From: Candidatus Aminicenantes bacterium
GTDB lineage: Bacteria > Acidobacteriota > Aminicenantia > UBA2199
Direction of reading: 5' to 3'
Assembly (NCBI GenBank): GCA_963764745.1
Contig: CAVXTN010000002.1
Location: 20,589 to 84,588, forward strand
DNA length: 64,000 nt
Shown: positions 11,402 through 22,395 of the stretch, in pieces
How the letters are laid out: each line of letters opens with the position of its first letter
How positions within the stretch are numbered: the stretch's first letter is position 1
Made by a program: the position numbers and the translations under genes
Notes under the pieces: generated by a model
Told to the model about the DNA's origin: nothing
What the model saw: the letters and a program-made list of their open reading frames with translations, nothing else
The model's database searches: none

Positions 11402-13400
11402 AAGCAAAAGCCTGCCCTACACCCTTCTGTTCTGCCAGGTCATGTTTTTTTCCTTCGCCGCCGCCTACGGCTTGACCGGGTTGCTCACGGAAAAAGTCCC
11501 GGCCGAAAAGCATGCAGACCGTCAACCGCCAGCAATTGTTCAGGAATTACCGTATTTTGAACTATTTCCTGGCCGACGATACCGCGGCCGTCCCCGCCGC
11601 GCCCGAGGCCCTGGACCTGGAAAACCCCCTGCTGGCCGCCATCGAGAACTTGACAGCGGGCGCAAGGGCTCTTCAAGGAAAAAAAATACACGGAGTGCGC
11701 GCGCTGTCCTGGCCCTGGTGCCGGACCGCTTCCCGTTTGTCGCGGCCCGGCGCGACGAGCTGCTCCTTAAAAACCTGTACGTCGCCAAAAAATACGCCGA
11801 ATTCGTCGCCTATTCCGACGCCCATGCGCCCGGCAGCCTGGAGATCCGCATCATGCGCCTGAACAGCCTGCTGAAAAGCGGGCAGCGGCCGCGGGCCGGC
11901 TCTGAATTCAAAACCCTTTTTGCCAACCAGCGGCTGCAGGCTTTTTCTCCCTATGCTTTCCCGGGCCGACCTGGCGGCCATGTTGAAGCTCATCGCCGAG
12001 GACGACTGGTTCGCCAAGTTCTCTTTTCTGCTGAAGAACGGCGAAGGAAGCGAATTCAAGCGCGAACTGCCCTACAGCGGCTTTCGCGACCTGAACCGGC
12101 TGTTCCAGGCCGAATTCGCTTATTCAAGCCGCGCCTACGGCCAGGCCAGGCAGCTGCTGCGCGCCCCGCTGCCCTGAAAAATACCGGCCATTCGCCGAAA
12201 AGATCCTGTTAAAAAGCGACATCCGCGATGATCCCGCCCTCGACGTGGAAGAACGCCTGCAGAAGATCGCCGGCAATGCGCGCCTGTATCCCGAGCTTTT
12301 GTTCGACCTGGCGCAGATCCTGCTTGAGCAAAAAGGAGTTCGCCAAGGCCCTGCCTTATTACGAGCGCTACCTCGAGTCGAGCCGGGAAAAGGGCGAGGA
12401 GTACTGGAAGACCGTCTGGCTGCTGGCCTGGATCCATTACCGCCAGGACGAGAAGGAAAAAGCCCTGGAGTATTTCCGCCTGGGCAGCGGTTCCCCGGTG
12501 CTGGGCTACCGCATCGCTTCGCGTTACTGGCAGGGCAAGCTGGAGGACGGGCCAGGCGCCGGAGCTGGACGCCTATCCGTTTTCCTATTACGCGGTCAAG
12601 GTGCTGGGGGACAAGGAGCAGCTTCAAGGACCTGAACCAGGAGTTTCTCTGCGGCATCGACGATCCGCCCGGGCGAGCGCTTCCTGGAGATCGTCGCGGA
12701 CCTGAAGGTGCTGGCCAAGTACAAGCTGTGGGACGAGGCCATGGAAACCATCCACTGGGCCAAGGAAGATCCGCGGCTCGAGCGCCTGCGACCTCAACCT
12801 GCTGAAAGTCATCGAGTCGCTGCTCTATTACCAGCAGAACCAGTATTTCCTGGCTTTCAGCAAGTTCCGCAGCAATTTCAGCCACCTGGAAAGCGTGCAC
12901 CTGCCGAATTTTCTGAGCGGCATTTTCTTCCCGCGCCAGTACGAGAACCTGGTCGCGGCCTACAGCAAGGAGCAGGAGGTGGATCCCGGCGCTGGTGCTG
13001 GCCCTGATCCGCGAGGAATCCTTTTTCCGGCACCGACGTGCGCTCGCCGGCCAACGCCTACGGCCTGATGCAGCTGCTGCACGGCACGGCGCGCCAGGTG
13101 GCCGGCGGCAGCGACCTCAAGGTCAAGGCCAGGGACCTCTACGACCCGGAGATCAACATCCGCCTGGGCCTGCAATACCTGAAAGGCCTGCTGGACATGT
13201 ACGACGGCCGGCTCTACCTGGCCCTGGCCGCCTACAACGCCGGCCCGCACCGCGTCGACCAGTGGCTGCGGGATTTCCCCGACGCCAGCGAGGAAGAGTT
13301 CATCGAGATGATCCCCTTCACCGAAACGCGCAACTATGTCAAGAACATCCTGCGCAATTATTTCTTCTACCGCTACTATTACGACAACGGCAAGGCCTAA
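11385..13400 (+). CDS. Soluble lytic transglycosylase (Slt70-like: superhelical N-domain + SLT domain), heavily frame-disrupted
   Basis: Signal/anchor peptide in ORF 11385... TPR-like helical repeats are in ORFs 12228.. and 12245.. (KALPYYERYLESSREKGEEYWKTVWLLAWIHYRQDEKEKALEYF). The SLT catalytic domain is in ORFs 12995.. and 13038..13400 (ALIREESFF, SPANAYGLMQLL, AAYNAGP). At least 8 breaks. Confidence 0.75.
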
Positions 13401-13427
13401 CGTATTTTGCCAATAAAGGAGAAATAA

Positions 13428-14537
13428 ATGGGATTTTTTGAGCTTTTCAAACCCAAATGGGATCATTCAAAAAATCCCGGATTTAGAATATTTATTGTGA
13501 TGGTATTATCGGTTTTTATCTTGATATTGTTTTATCTTTCTACAATCGCAAGTCCATACGAAAAAATCCTAAAATTAAGAGATGAGTGCAGAGGAGGGAA
13601 TAGTAAAGCGTGCGCAGAACTGGCTGATATTGCTAAAAATGATGAAGATTATGACATGCGCAGAGTAGCGGTTAAAAACCTTACCGATCAATCCCTCCTG
13701 ATCGAAATTGCAAAAACGGATAAAGATCTGGATGTACGCACGGCTGCGGCAGAAAACCCTAACTTAACCGATCAGGCTTTCCTGGCCGAGATAGCCAGAA
13801 ATGATAAGTTCGGAGTGAGCTTCGGGGCGTTGTTAAACCCAAATTTAACCGACCAAGTTGCGTTGGCCGAGATTGCCAATAATGCTGAAGAGCATTGGAC
13901 CTTACGCGAAAAAGCGGCAGATAAACTCACCGATAAGTTTCTTGCGCAAACAGTTTATGCCGATTTGGCCAAGAATAAAAAAAGTGAATATGGACGCAGG
14001 GATGCAGTACGCAAACTTACCAACCAGACTTTGCTATCCGATATTGCAAAAAATGATGAATCTAGTATGGTGCGCAGTGAAGCGGTAATGAAACTTAATG
14101 ACCAGGTTTTGTTGATTGAAATTGCCAAGAATGATAAATCTGGGATGGTACGCTTAAAAGCTGCGGCTTATCTCAAAGATGAGCCTCTTGCGCAATCGTT
14201 TTATAGTGATTTAGCCAAAAATGATAAAGATAGCCGGGTGCGCGAAGAAGCAGCAGATAGACTCCATGACAAGTCTCTTGCCCAATCGGTTTACACTGAT
14301 ATCGCAAAAAATGAAAAAGATAAGTGGTCACGAATGTTCGTTGTGGATAAAATCGCTGACAATGCTCTTCTGGCAGAGATTGCTAAGAATGATAAAGCCA
14401 GATGGGTACGCTGTGCCGCTGTAGAAAATCCTCACCTAACCGATAAAGTTGTGCTTGCTGATATTGCTAAAAATGATAAAGAAAGTTGTGTACGCGAGGC
14501 CGCAAAAGATAGACTAAAAGAACTTAACAATAAGTAA
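13428..14537 (+). CDS. Membrane-anchored HEAT/LRV-like repeat protein (11 repeats), function unknown
   Basis: Intact 369-aa ORF with AAAGGAG 7 nt upstream. It has one N-terminal TM helix (FRIFIVMVLSVFILILFYL) followed by 11 repeats of 27-31 aa with consensus IAKNDkd..VR..A...L.Dq.lL.e. It is visibly AT-richer than every neighbouring gene. Confidence 0.85.
   Translation: MGFFELFKPKWDHSKNPGFRIFIVMVLSVFILILFYLSTIASPYEKILKLRDECRGGNSKACAELADIAKNDEDYDMRRVAVKNLTDQSLLIEIAKTDKDLDVRTAAAENPNLTDQAFLAEIARNDKFGVSFGALLNPNLTDQVALAEIANNAEEHWTLREKAADKLTDKFLAQTVYADLAKNKKSEYGRRDAVRKLTNQTLLSDIAKNDESSMVRSEAVMKLNDQVLLIEIAKNDKSGMVRLKAAAYLKDEPLAQSFYSDLAKNDKDSRVREEAADRLHDKSLAQSVYTDIAKNEKDKWSRMFVVDKIADNALLAEIAKNDKARWVRCAAVENPHLTDKVVLADIAKNDKESCVREAAKDRLKELNNK
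13624..14520 (+). repeat. In-frame tandem coding repeats (11 units, period 81-93 bp) inside the HEAT/LRV-like gene
   Basis: The DNA core (GA)ATTGC(T/A/C)AA(A/G)AATGATAAA recurs near 13630, 13705, 13792, 13869, 13965, 14041, 14118, 14208, 14298, 14379 and 14460. Confidence 0.8.
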
Positions 14538-14587
14538 TAAATCGTTTGAAAAAATGCTTTTAGCAAAATCAAATAAATCTAGCAAAT

Positions 14588-14616
14588 TTGACCTGCATTT
14601 TCCCTGATGTTACAAT
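14588..14616 (+). promoter_or_regulatory. Sigma70-like promoter candidate upstream of ddl
   Basis: TTGACC (14588-14593), 17-nt spacer, TACAAT (14611-14616). It lies about 90 nt upstream of the ddl ATG in an AT-rich gap. Confidence 0.55.
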
Positions 14617-14706
14617 GATCCTTAAAGCATTGTGACGCGGTACTATATCTTTTCGGGAGAACTGAATAATACCGATAACAAAGGATAAAAGGTTGTGTGA
14701 ACTATT

Positions 14707-15759
14707 ATGAAAAAAATTAAGGTCGGATTGATCTTCGGCGGCAAGTCGGCGGAGCACGCGGTATCGCTGAACTCGGCCGCGGCCATCTACCAGAACCTGG
14801 ACAAGGAGAAGTACGATCCCTTCCTGATCTATATCAACAGGGCGGGGGAGTGGTGCCTGACCGGGAACACGAGTTTTAAAGAAGATGAGCTGAAGAAGGA
14901 AAAATTCCACTCCTTCATGCCCTGGAGCTCCGGCTGGGTCGGGACCATGAATGCCGACATCTATTTCCCGGTGCTGCACGGCCCCAACGGCGAAGATGGC
15001 CGCATCCAGGGCCTTTTCGAGCTGGCCGGCAAGCCCTTCGTCGGCGCCGACAGCTTCTCATCGCAGCTGGCCATGGACAAGGTCACGGCCAAGGCGCTTT
15101 TCGCCCAGGCCGGCCTGGAACAGGCGCCCTACCTGTATTTCACTGAAAACAACCATGAGCAGATCCGCGAGCTGGTGGAAAAAAAGCTCAGCTATCCGGT
15201 GTTCGTCAAGCCCTGCTCGCTGGGCTCTTCGGTGGGCATCGCCAAGGCCAAGGATGAAAAGGAGCTGCTGGCCGCCGTGGACCTGGCCTTCAGCTACGAC
15301 AACAAGATCATCATCGAGAAAGTCATCGACATGCGCGAGCTCGAGATCTCGGTCATGGGCAACGGCGAATTGCTGGTCTCCAGCCCGGGCGAGCTGCTGC
15401 CCTCCAAGGAATTCTACGATTACGCGGACAAGTACCTGGATGGCAAGACGCAGTTCCGCATCCCGGTGAAACTGGGCGACGAACTGGAAGCCAGGATCAA
15501 AAAGACGGCCCACAAGGCCTACCGCACCCTGTTTTTAAACGGCTACGCCCGCGTCGACCTGTTCCTGGAAAACGGCAGCAACGCCGTGCTGGTCAACGAG
15601 ATCAACACCATCCCCGGGTTTACGACCATCAGCATGTTCCCCAAGCTGTGGCAGGCGCAGGGCATCTCCTTCGCCGAGCTGCTCGACCGCCTGATCGCCT
15701 ACGGCTTCGAATATTTCAAGAAACGCAAGGAAAACGTGGATGAAGGTCTTGGCCATTGA
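14707..15759 (+). CDS. ddl: D-alanine--D-alanine ligase
   Basis: Intact 350-aa ORF. It starts MKKIKVGLIFGGKSAEHAVSLNSAAAI, has an ATP-grasp body (SYPVFVKPCSLGSSVGI) and the C-terminal NEINTIPGFT motif. Confidence 0.95.
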   Translation: MKKIKVGLIFGGKSAEHAVSLNSAAAIYQNLDKEKYDPFLIYINRAGEWCLTGNTSFKEDELKKEKFHSFMPWSSGWVGTMNADIYFPVLHGPNGEDGRIQGLFELAGKPFVGADSFSSQLAMDKVTAKALFAQAGLEQAPYLYFTENNHEQIRELVEKKLSYPVFVKPCSLGSSVGIAKAKDEKELLAAVDLAFSYDNKIIIEKVIDMRELEISVMGNGELLVSSPGELLPSKEFYDYADKYLDGKTQFRIPVKLGDELEARIKKTAHKAYRTLFLNGYARVDLFLENGSNAVLVNEINTIPGFTTISMFPKLWQAQGISFAELLDRLIAYGFEYFKKRKENVDEGLGH

Positions 15760-16147
15760 TTACGGCAGCAAGCGCCTCGGCCTGGCCGTGGGCAACACGC
15801 TGACCCGCGTCGCCACCCCGCTGGGACAGATCGCCGCCGGCAACATCGCGGCGGTCCTGGCCGGGATCCAAAAGCGGATAGGGGAGTTCGAGGTCGAACG
15901 GATCGTGGTCGGCTACCCGCTGAACGCCGACGGCAGCCGCAGCCGCACCTGCGGCCAGGTGGACCGCTTCGTCAATTTTTTGCGCAAGCGCCTGGCCCTG
16001 CCCGTCACCCTGGTCGACGAAAAACTGAGCAGCTTTGCCGCCGAGGAAATGGGCAAGGAAATACAGAACGATTTTCGCAAGCGCAAATCCATGCTGGACG
16101 GAATTTCCGCCCAGGTGATCCTGCAAAACTATTTCGAGCAGCCATGA
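15740..16147 (+). CDS. ruvX: Holliday junction resolvase-like nuclease RuvX/YqgF
   Basis: 135-aa ORF starting MKVLAIDYGSKRLGLAVGN, with an RNase H-like YqgF pattern. It overlaps ddl by 20 nt and mltG by 4 nt. Confidence 0.9.
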   Translation: MKVLAIDYGSKRLGLAVGNTLTRVATPLGQIAAGNIAAVLAGIQKRIGEFEVERIVVGYPLNADGSRSRTCGQVDRFVNFLRKRLALPVTLVDEKLSSFAAEEMGKEIQNDFRKRKSMLDGISAQVILQNYFEQP

Positions 16148-17166
16148 AAAAAATTTTCCTGTCCCTGTTCCTGCTGGCCGCGATCGCAGCGGCCTGGCTG
16201 GGCTTCACCATTTATCGAAAGGTCTACACCCCGTACCAGGGATATAACAAGAGCGTGATCGTGCAGATCGAAAGCGGCATGCCGGTGTCGGCGATCGCCG
16301 ATCAATTGCAGCGCCAGGGGGTCATCGCCAACGCCGCCTATTTCAAGCGCTATTACCGCATGTTTTTCGCCGCCAAAAAACTCAAGGCCGGCGAATACCT
16401 GTTCGACGGCCCGCTCTCCATGCGCCAGGTCATCGAAAAACTGTACCTGGGCAAGGCCATTCTTTACAAGATCACCATCAAGGAAGGGCTGTGGATCGGG
16501 GAAACGGCCCAGCTTTTCGCGGATGCCGGGCTGTTCACGGCCGCGGAATTCCGGCGCGCCGCCGCCAACGTGCGGCTCATCGGCGATCTCGATCCGCAGG
16601 CCGTGGACCTGGAAGGCTATCTTTTCCCCGACACCTACCTGGTGCGCAAGGACATCACCGCCGCGGAGATGGTCGCCCTGATGGTGGACCATTTCCGCCA
16701 GAATTTCAGCAATACCTTCATCTGGAGGGCGCGCGACATCAGTTTCAGCGTGCGCCAGGCGGTGATCCTGGCCTCCCTGATCGAAAAGGAGACCGCCAAC
16801 CGCGACGAGCGCTTCCTGGTGTCGTCGGTCTTTCACAACCGCCTGAAGCAGAACATGCTGCTGGGCTGCGACTCGACCATCGTGTACGCCCTGAAAAAGG
16901 AAGGGCGCTACCGCGGCCAGCTGGGCTGGGACGACCTGAAGATCGAGTCCCCCTTCAATACCCGCCTGCACCGGGGGTTGCCGCCGGCGCCGATCGCCAA
17001 CCCGGGCTATGCCTCGCTCGAGGCGGCGCTCTACCCGGAAAACACCGAGTACCTGTATTTCGTGGCCAAGGACGCCGACAGCCACTATTTTTCCCGGAGC
17101 CTGTCAGAGCACAACCGCGCGGTCCGGAAATTCATCATCGAGCGCAAGGATATCGGCCTTGATTGA
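16144..17166 (+). CDS. mltG: Endolytic murein transglycosylase MltG (YceG-like)
   Basis: Intact 340-aa ORF with an N-terminal TM helix and YceG motifs (LASLIEKETANRDE, SVFHNRL, PPAPIANPG). Confidence 0.9.
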   Translation: MKKIFLSLFLLAAIAAAWLGFTIYRKVYTPYQGYNKSVIVQIESGMPVSAIADQLQRQGVIANAAYFKRYYRMFFAAKKLKAGEYLFDGPLSMRQVIEKLYLGKAILYKITIKEGLWIGETAQLFADAGLFTAAEFRRAAANVRLIGDLDPQAVDLEGYLFPDTYLVRKDITAAEMVALMVDHFRQNFSNTFIWRARDISFSVRQAVILASLIEKETANRDERFLVSSVFHNRLKQNMLLGCDSTIVYALKKEGRYRGQLGWDDLKIESPFNTRLHRGLPPAPIANPGYASLEAALYPENTEYLYFVAKDADSHYFSRSLSEHNRAVRKFIIERKDIGLD

Positions 17167-17865
17167 ACCCCGGCCGCGGCTTTTCCAGGGGCTGGACCTA
17201 TGGCTTTTTGAAAATGAGCGCATGCTTTTCGGCTACACCGCGTCCGGCTTCACTTCTTCCGCCCTGCAAAGGCTACTGCCGCAAAAACCGCTCCTTTTCC
17301 TGAAGCAGGTCCACGGCGACCTCATCCTCGGCCAGGAGGACTGGCGGCCGGCAAGCGAGGCCGACGGGACTGATCCTGGAGCGGCCGGGGGCGGCGGCGG
17401 TGATCCAGACCGCCGATTGCCTGCCCCTGTTTTTTTTCAACGACGAGGGCAGCCGCGGCGGCGTCATCCATGTCGGCTGGCGCGGCCTGCAGCAGGGGAT
17501 CGAAGACAGGTTGGTCGCCCGCCTGGACGGAGATCTCGCCCGCTGCAATTTTTTCCTCGGCCCGGCCATCGAGATGAAATGCTACGAGGTGGGGGAGGAA
17601 CTGCCGCGGCTTTTCCAGGCCAAGTCCTATGCCGCAGAAATATTCGTTCCCCGCGGCGGCGGCAAGTACGCCATGGACCTCAAAGCTCGGCTTGACCCTG
17701 TCCCTGCGCGCCGCCGGGGTCGCTCCCGGGCGCATTCACGACAGCGGGCTTTGCACCTATTGCAGCAACGGCCGTTTCCCCTCTTATCGCCGCGACGGCA
17801 AGACCGGCCGGCGCATTTTCAATTTTTTCATGTTGAAAAACGGCGCCGCGCCCATTGTCCGATAA
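17159..17865 (+). CDS. pgeF: Purine nucleoside phosphorylase / laccase-domain protein PgeF (YfiH), frame-disrupted
   Basis: ORFs 17009.. (from LIEPRPRLF), 17400.. and 17629..17865 join into one protein. Motifs are LKQVHG, QTADCLPLFFF, HVGWRGL and CTYCSNGRFPSYRRDGKTGR. The start is probably TTG 17159, overlapping the mltG stop. About 3 breaks. Confidence 0.8.
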
Positions 17866-17899
17866 CTTTAGGCCCGGGTTTGCCGTAAAATCAGAAACG

Positions 17900-19138
<1,239 letters not shown>

Positions 19139-19177
19139 GACCGTGACGGCAAAAATTCAACAGCAGGGGAGTGCGGC

Positions 19178-20425
<1,248 letters not shown>

Positions 20426-20474
20426 ACGATCAAGCCCCTAGAAGCCTCCTGAGATCAAAATTCATTGGGTAGGA

Positions 20475-20490
20475 GTTTGATTAATCAAAC
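20475..20490. promoter_or_regulatory. 16-bp perfect palindrome GTTTGATTAATCAAAC (possible protein-binding site)
   Basis: Read directly from the sequence and self-complementary over all 16 nt. The outer GTTT/AAAC arms match canonical parS (tGTTTCACGTGAAACa) but the core differs. Confidence 0.35.
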
Positions 20491-20548
20491 CCGCTACAGA
20501 ACATTATGAACTACAATTGTTAATGAACGTATTTAGTCGATATATGCA

Positions 20549-20576
20549 GTGTCGGATAAGATAGATTATGTAAACC
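20549..20576. other. dif: dif-like XerC/XerD recombination site candidate
   Basis: GTGTCGGATAA-GATAGA-TTATGTAAACC has an 11-6-11 layout. The right arm is 10/11 identical to the B. subtilis dif XerD arm TTATGTAAACT. It lies in the AT-rich gap between the convergent gene blocks. Confidence 0.55.
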
Positions 20577-20627
20577 AATATATAACTTTTTAATAAAATT
20601 CAATAAAAAAGGCTTATTTCTTTTAAA

Positions 20628-21455
20628 TCAGCCCAGATCCTTTATCTTGTTTTCCCTGATATCCTGAATCAATTTTTCAAGAACTTCGATGACCTTGTCT
20701 CTCTCGACCCTGTCCTGCTTGAAAAGAAAATTGATCTTAATTTTTTTATCATCGGAAACAAAATGGAAGTTGAAGTTTTTCTGGGTTTCTTTTTTTCTCT
20801 GCTGCTTGATCTCTTCCCGGGAAAAAGGCTTCTGCCCGTATTGGCGCAGGATCGCTTCCATTTTTTCTGGCTCTTCGACCTTGGTCAGTTCCAAAAGAAA
20901 AGTTTTTGAATCGATGCCCAATTGCAGACATTTTTGCTTTACTTCTTCCGGCAGGTCGGTGATGCGCACCAGTTCGGTCACGGTCACTCGCGATTTTCCT
21001 ATTTTTTTCGCGATTTCCTCATGGGTATAGCCGTAGATCTCGGTCAGCGAATGAATGGATTGGGCTTGTTCGAAGACATTCAGGTCCTTGCGCTGGATGT
21101 TTTCAATGATCGACATTTCCAGGGCTTCATTGTCCGCGATATCGTGCTCGATACAGGGAATTTCGTGCATCCCGGCCTCTTTGGCCGCGCGAAAGCGCCT
21201 TTCACCGGCTATGATCTCGAAATTCCCGTTCTTCGGCCTGACAATGACCGGCTCAATGATCCCGTTTTCCCTGATCGAATCGGTCAGCTCCTTCAGATCA
21301 CCCATGTCCCGGCGCGGCTGCATCTGGTTGGTGATGATCTTTTCAATGGGAATATTCCGGATGACCGGCGTTTTGGTGCGCAGGGAGAGTTCATCGACCA
21401 GGTGGTGGTCATGCTTCATTTTAATGAATTCGGGCAAACCGACTTTTTTAGACAT
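20628..21455 (-). CDS. parB: Chromosome partitioning protein ParB
   Basis: ORF 20628..21563 with probable start MSKKVGL at 21455. It has the ParB-box (IIEPVIVRP ... IIAGERRFRAAK), an HTH (THEEIAKKIGKSRVTVTELVRI) and an atypical K/E-rich C-terminus. The ATG overlaps the parA stop by 8 nt. Confidence 0.9.
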   Translation of the reverse strand: MSKKVGLPEFIKMKHDHHLVDELSLRTKTPVIRNIPIEKIITNQMQPRRDMGDLKELTDSIRENGIIEPVIVRPKNGNFEIIAGERRFRAAKEAGMHEIPCIEHDIADNEALEMSIIENIQRKDLNVFEQAQSIHSLTEIYGYTHEEIAKKIGKSRVTVTELVRITDLPEEVKQKCLQLGIDSKTFLLELTKVEEPEKMEAILRQYGQKPFSREEIKQQRKKETQKNFNFHFVSDDKKIKINFLFKQDRVERDKVIEVLEKLIQDIRENKIKDLG

Positions 21456-22203
21456 TTTTAATGATTTCCTTAGCCAGCTCCTGATATTCGATCGCTCCCC
21501 TGGAATTCGGGGCAAACGTGAATATCGATTCCTTGTAAGCCGGGCTTTCTTCGAGGCGGACATTTTTCGAAATGATCGTTTTAAAAACCCGATCGCCGAA
21601 CACTTTGCGAATATGGCTCTCGCTGTCCTTGGCGATCACGATGCGCTTGTCATACAGCGTGATGAGCACTCCCAGCAAGTTCAGGTCGGGATTGCTGCGC
21701 GCCCTGACTTTCTCAAAGGTCTCCAGCAGGTCATCGGTGCCTTCCAGGGCGAAATAGGAAGACTGGATGGGGATGATCAGATGGGTGGCGGCGACAAAGG
21801 CGTTGATCGTGATCAAGCCAAGGGTCGGCGGCGTATCGATGATGATAAAGTCAAATTTGTACTTGAAGGTGTCCAGCTTGTCTTTCAGGCGGAAATGGCC
21901 GTCGATCTCCCCTACCAGCTTGGATTCCAGCTTGGCCAGGGCGATCGATGCCGGCAGCAGCGTGAGGTTGATGATGCTGGTCTGCAGCGCCACGTCTTCG
22001 AAAGTCAGGTCGGCGTTTTCCAGCAGATCGAAAACCGAATATTTCTGCTCGCTGCGGTCCACAAAAGTTACCGTGGAATTGGCTTGCGGATCCATATCAA
22101 TGAGCAGCGTTTTATGGCCCATCAACGCGAAAGCCGCTGCCAGATTGATCGATGAGGTGGTTTTGCCCACGCCCCCCTTCTGATTGGCGATGGTGATGAT
22201 CAC
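21448..22203 (-). CDS. parA: Chromosome partitioning ATPase ParA/Soj
   Basis: Intact 251-aa ORF with GTG start and AAGGAG upstream. The deviant Walker A is NQKGGVGKTT, and DTPP is present. Confidence 0.93.
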   Translation of the reverse strand: MIITIANQKGGVGKTTSSINLAAAFALMGHKTLLIDMDPQANSTVTFVDRSEQKYSVFDLLENADLTFEDVALQTSIINLTLLPASIALAKLESKLVGEIDGHFRLKDKLDTFKYKFDFIIIDTPPTLGLITINAFVAATHLIIPIQSSYFALEGTDDLLETFEKVRARSNPDLNLLGVLITLYDKRIVIAKDSESHIRKVFGDRVFKTIISKNVRLEESPAYKESIFTFAPNSRGAIEYQELAKEIIKNV

Positions 22204-22227
22204 GTTTTCTCCTTAAGCGGATACGCC

Positions 22228-22256
22228 ATGATAAATGATTGATCAGCGAATGTCAA
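22228..22256 (-). promoter_or_regulatory. Sigma70-like promoter candidate for parAB
   Basis: The minus strand reads TTGACA (22256-22251), 17 nt, TATCAT (22233-22228), followed by AAGGAG and GTG 22203. Confidence 0.6.
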
Positions 22257-22282
22257 GACCGAAAATGTTTGAATTTGACCTG

Positions 22283-22340
22283 AATGTCGACATGTCGACA
22301 TTGAATCTCAGACAAACGGGTAGATGTAGCGACATGTCGC
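22283..22340. promoter_or_regulatory. Paired palindromes sharing a CGACATGTCG core, upstream of the parAB promoter (operator or centromere-like candidate)
   Basis: A 20-bp perfect palindrome AATGTCGACATGTCGACATT lies at 22283-22302 and a 12-bp palindrome GCGACATGTCGC at 22329-22340. Their centres are 42 bp apart. Confidence 0.45.
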
Positions 22341-22395
22341 ATTTTTGATTTTTTTTGTAGGGGCGGTTCGTGAACCGCCCTCTTATGAGGCATGT

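Noticed and set aside
13624-14520. Regularly spaced ~18-bp repeats with an 81-93 bp period, checked as a possible CRISPR array.
   Set aside because: The repeats lie in frame inside one continuous 369-aa ORF and encode the IAKND...VR protein repeat. The 'spacers' are themselves homologous to each other. No cas genes are present. I noticed no CRISPR-like array elsewhere in the window.
22361-22380. A GC-rich hairpin GGGCGGTTC-GT-GAACCGCCC 16 nt after the der stop, and a similar perfect hairpin GCAATCAGG-AAAAT-CCTGATTGC at 63111-63133. Both were considered as intrinsic terminators.
   Set aside because: In both cases the T-tract precedes the stem on the plus strand. The minus-strand transcripts they would terminate are therefore followed by an A-tract, not a U-tract. 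No plus-strand gene ends there either. They may still be RNA-stability or protein-binding elements, but I cannot call them terminators.
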